This document shows positions 26,062 to 27,932 of a DNA stretch of 27,932 nt, piece by piece. The DNA is from a virus (taxonomy: Duplodnaviria > Caudoviricetes). Within the stretch, counting starts at the first letter, position 1; the number at the start of each line of letters is the position of its first letter. The translations under genes and the position numbers were made by a program. The stretch is taken from IMG/VR virus record IMGVR_UViG_3300006922_004547, positions 1-27,932 of that record; one strand, written 5' to 3'. A model generated the notes under the pieces. That model had not been told where the DNA came from, ran no database searches, and worked only from the letters and a program-made list of their open reading frames with translations.

Positions 26062-27896
26062 GTTTAGAAAATTTTACAGATTATAAATTACCGAAAAATG
26101 CGTATCTTAGCTTTGATGCGACTAGTCTTAAGTCGTTAATCATAGATAGGTTAAACGAGAACGAAACATTCACAGATCAAAATTTTGAAGGTTCTAACTT
26201 CAGCGCTTTTATTGATGTTGTCTCGTATATGTATCACGTATTACTATTTCAGCTTAATACTACCTCTAACGAGTCAACATTTAATACCGCAACTATTTAT
26301 GATAATATGAGCAAGCTTGTTTCTAATATTGGTTACAAGCCTCAAGGAGATCAAACATCACTACTTAACTTTAATTTAGACGTACGTAATTTAAATTCTA
26401 ATGTTTATACAGTTCCTCGCTTTTCTTCAGTAGATGTTAATGGATTTACATACTCAACTCTAGATGATATAACATTTCAAAAGATAACAGATACTGTATT
26501 AGAGGCAGTATCAGTAAGTAATAATACTTTATATCAAGGAGCAATAACAGAAGCTAGGTATAGCGCAATAGGCGAGCCTTATGAAACTATAACTTTAGTC
26601 GATACATTCACTACACAACAAATAGTTGAACCAACAAGAACAGTTAACGATAAGCAGTTTATATCAGATAATACATTTAGAGTATTTGTTAAAGATGTTG
26701 ATACATTGGTTTGGTCTGAATGGAAGGAGTCAGTTTCGTTATTTTTAGAGTCACCTACTGCTACCTCTTATGAAAAAAAGTTTAACGAGAATGGAAACTA
26801 TGATTTCCGATTTGGTAATAATAGTAACGGTAGAAAGTTAAACGCTAATGATACTGTTTTAATATTTTATATCACATCTAACAATGAAATAGCTATAGCT
26901 AGTCCTAATTCTATAACTAACGCTACCTTTAATTTTTATTCATCACCTTCGTTTAATACAATATCTAATTACATTTATGATGAAGGTACAAATCTTATAG
27001 GTACTTCTAATAAAAATAACATACTTATATCAAACCAATATCAATCAACTCCAGTTAAAAAAGCTGAAACGGTTGATCAAATACGCGATAACGCACCTAA
27101 AATCTTTTCAACACAAAACAGGTTAGTTTCAAAGACGGATTATGAGACACAAATTAATCGTAGCTTTAATAATATAACTAAAGATGTCAAGGTACTTGAT
27201 AATAACGATTACACTGGCCAATATCTACGGTATTTTAATAGAATCGGGTTAGATCGACCTAACGATGATGGGCGGGTATTGCTAAGTCAAGTAGGATTTT
27301 CTACATCAACTAATTTTAATAACGTCTATGTTTATACTGTACCGTCTAACCAACCAGTAATAAACGAACAAATACCCAATTACTTAAATCCCGCTCAAAA
27401 GCAAATAATAAGTAATTTTTGTATAGATAAAAAGGACGTGACTCATAATGTCGTAGTTGCAGATCCAATATTTAAAGCTATCAGCTTTGGGGTAGGTAGC
27501 TCAGCAATACAAGACGATCCTGATAAATTAGATGATATAATTAATGACTCGTTTATACGTTTGAGTGTTGATCAGAATATTGCAGCGAGTAGTAGCTCAA
27601 TAAGAACAAAAGTTCTTAACATATTTTTAAAATATTTTGATCTTATACAGTTAGGGGGTAATGTAGAGACAGGTAATATATCGAGAGATATACTTAACAT
27701 CGATGGTGTTATTAGCATAGACACTGTAAATGGTGATAACGTTACACCAAATTTAAGCTTTATAGTTTGGAATCCGGATTATAGATTAGAAGATAACCTT
27801 ATACAAACTCAAGACTATAATCTCCAAGATTTTGAATTTGCTTACTTTTACGAAATATCAAATATCCCAAGTAAAATTGCAATACAGAGGCTTTGA
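26058..27896 (+). CDS. gp6: Baseplate wedge subunit, T4 gp6-like
   Basis: FTDQNFEGSNFSAFIDV, NESTFNTA, IGYKP, FRFGNNSNGRKL, ETVDQIRDNAP..FSTQNRLVSKTDY; ATGA overlap with gp25. Confidence 0.92.
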   Translation: MSLENFTDYKLPKNAYLSFDATSLKSLIIDRLNENETFTDQNFEGSNFSAFIDVVSYMYHVLLFQLNTTSNESTFNTATIYDNMSKLVSNIGYKPQGDQTSLLNFNLDVRNLNSNVYTVPRFSSVDVNGFTYSTLDDITFQKITDTVLEAVSVSNNTLYQGAITEARYSAIGEPYETITLVDTFTTQQIVEPTRTVNDKQFISDNTFRVFVKDVDTLVWSEWKESVSLFLESPTATSYEKKFNENGNYDFRFGNNSNGRKLNANDTVLIFYITSNNEIAIASPNSITNATFNFYSSPSFNTISNYIYDEGTNLIGTSNKNNILISNQYQSTPVKKAETVDQIRDNAPKIFSTQNRLVSKTDYETQINRSFNNITKDVKVLDNNDYTGQYLRYFNRIGLDRPNDDGRVLLSQVGFSTSTNFNNVYVYTVPSNQPVINEQIPNYLNPAQKQIISNFCIDKKDVTHNVVVADPIFKAISFGVGSSAIQDDPDKLDDIINDSFIRLSVDQNIAASSSSIRTKVLNIFLKYFDLIQLGGNVETGNISRDILNIDGVISIDTVNGDNVTPNLSFIVWNPDYRLEDNLIQTQDYNLQDFEFAYFYEISNIPSKIAIQRL

Positions 27897-27912
27897 TATT
27901 AAATAAAGGTAT

Positions 27913-27932
27913 ATGTCTCTAAGTGCATTACA
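27913..27932 (+). CDS. Start of the next late gene (truncated by the window)
   Basis: TAAATA at 27900-27905, then ATG TCT CTA AGT GCA TTA, open to the end of the window. Confidence 0.5.

Noticed and set aside
1-27932. Genome-wide stop-codon reassignment (TGA=Trp/Gly or TAG=Gln)
   Set aside because: Conserved genes (gp19, gp53, gp25, gp6) end at TGA at expected lengths, some in ATGA overlaps. Trp uses TGG, genes also end at TAG, and coding density is already full under code 11.
1-27932. tRNA (including tRNA-Sec), rRNA or other ncRNA genes
   Set aside because: Intergenic gaps are under about 90 nt and are explained by promoters and terminators; no cloverleaf was seen.

Overview
AT-rich (roughly 35% GC by eye), densely coding fragment of a large T4-like myovirus genome. 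It holds a rearranged late/morphogenesis cluster: gp14 neck, gp17 TerL, gp3, gp18 sheath, gp19 tube, gp54-like, two gp26-like hub proteins, tape measure, gp48-like, gp53, gp27-like hub, a distant gp16-like TerS, gp25 and gp6. Interleaved are a nucleotide-sugar operon (RmlB, an NRS/ER-type epimerase-reductase, a cytidylyltransferase), a GT9-like glycosyltransferase, a PD-(D/E)XK nuclease, dUTPase, a gp44/RFC clamp loader, and several small charged proteins with capsid-targeting-like N-termini. The strongest novel signal is a 151-codon gene missed by the ORF track (24624..25079, minus). It has one in-frame TGA in the context H-D-*-A-S-H, followed by a bacterial SECIS-like hairpin, while TGA is an ordinary stop elsewhere in the window. 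This makes it a candidate phage selenoprotein. Also notable are a rigid TAAATA-N5-start architecture implying leaderless late mRNAs, and an internal promoter plus in-frame start nested inside the 360-aa acidic gene. All homology calls come from motif recognition, not database searches.
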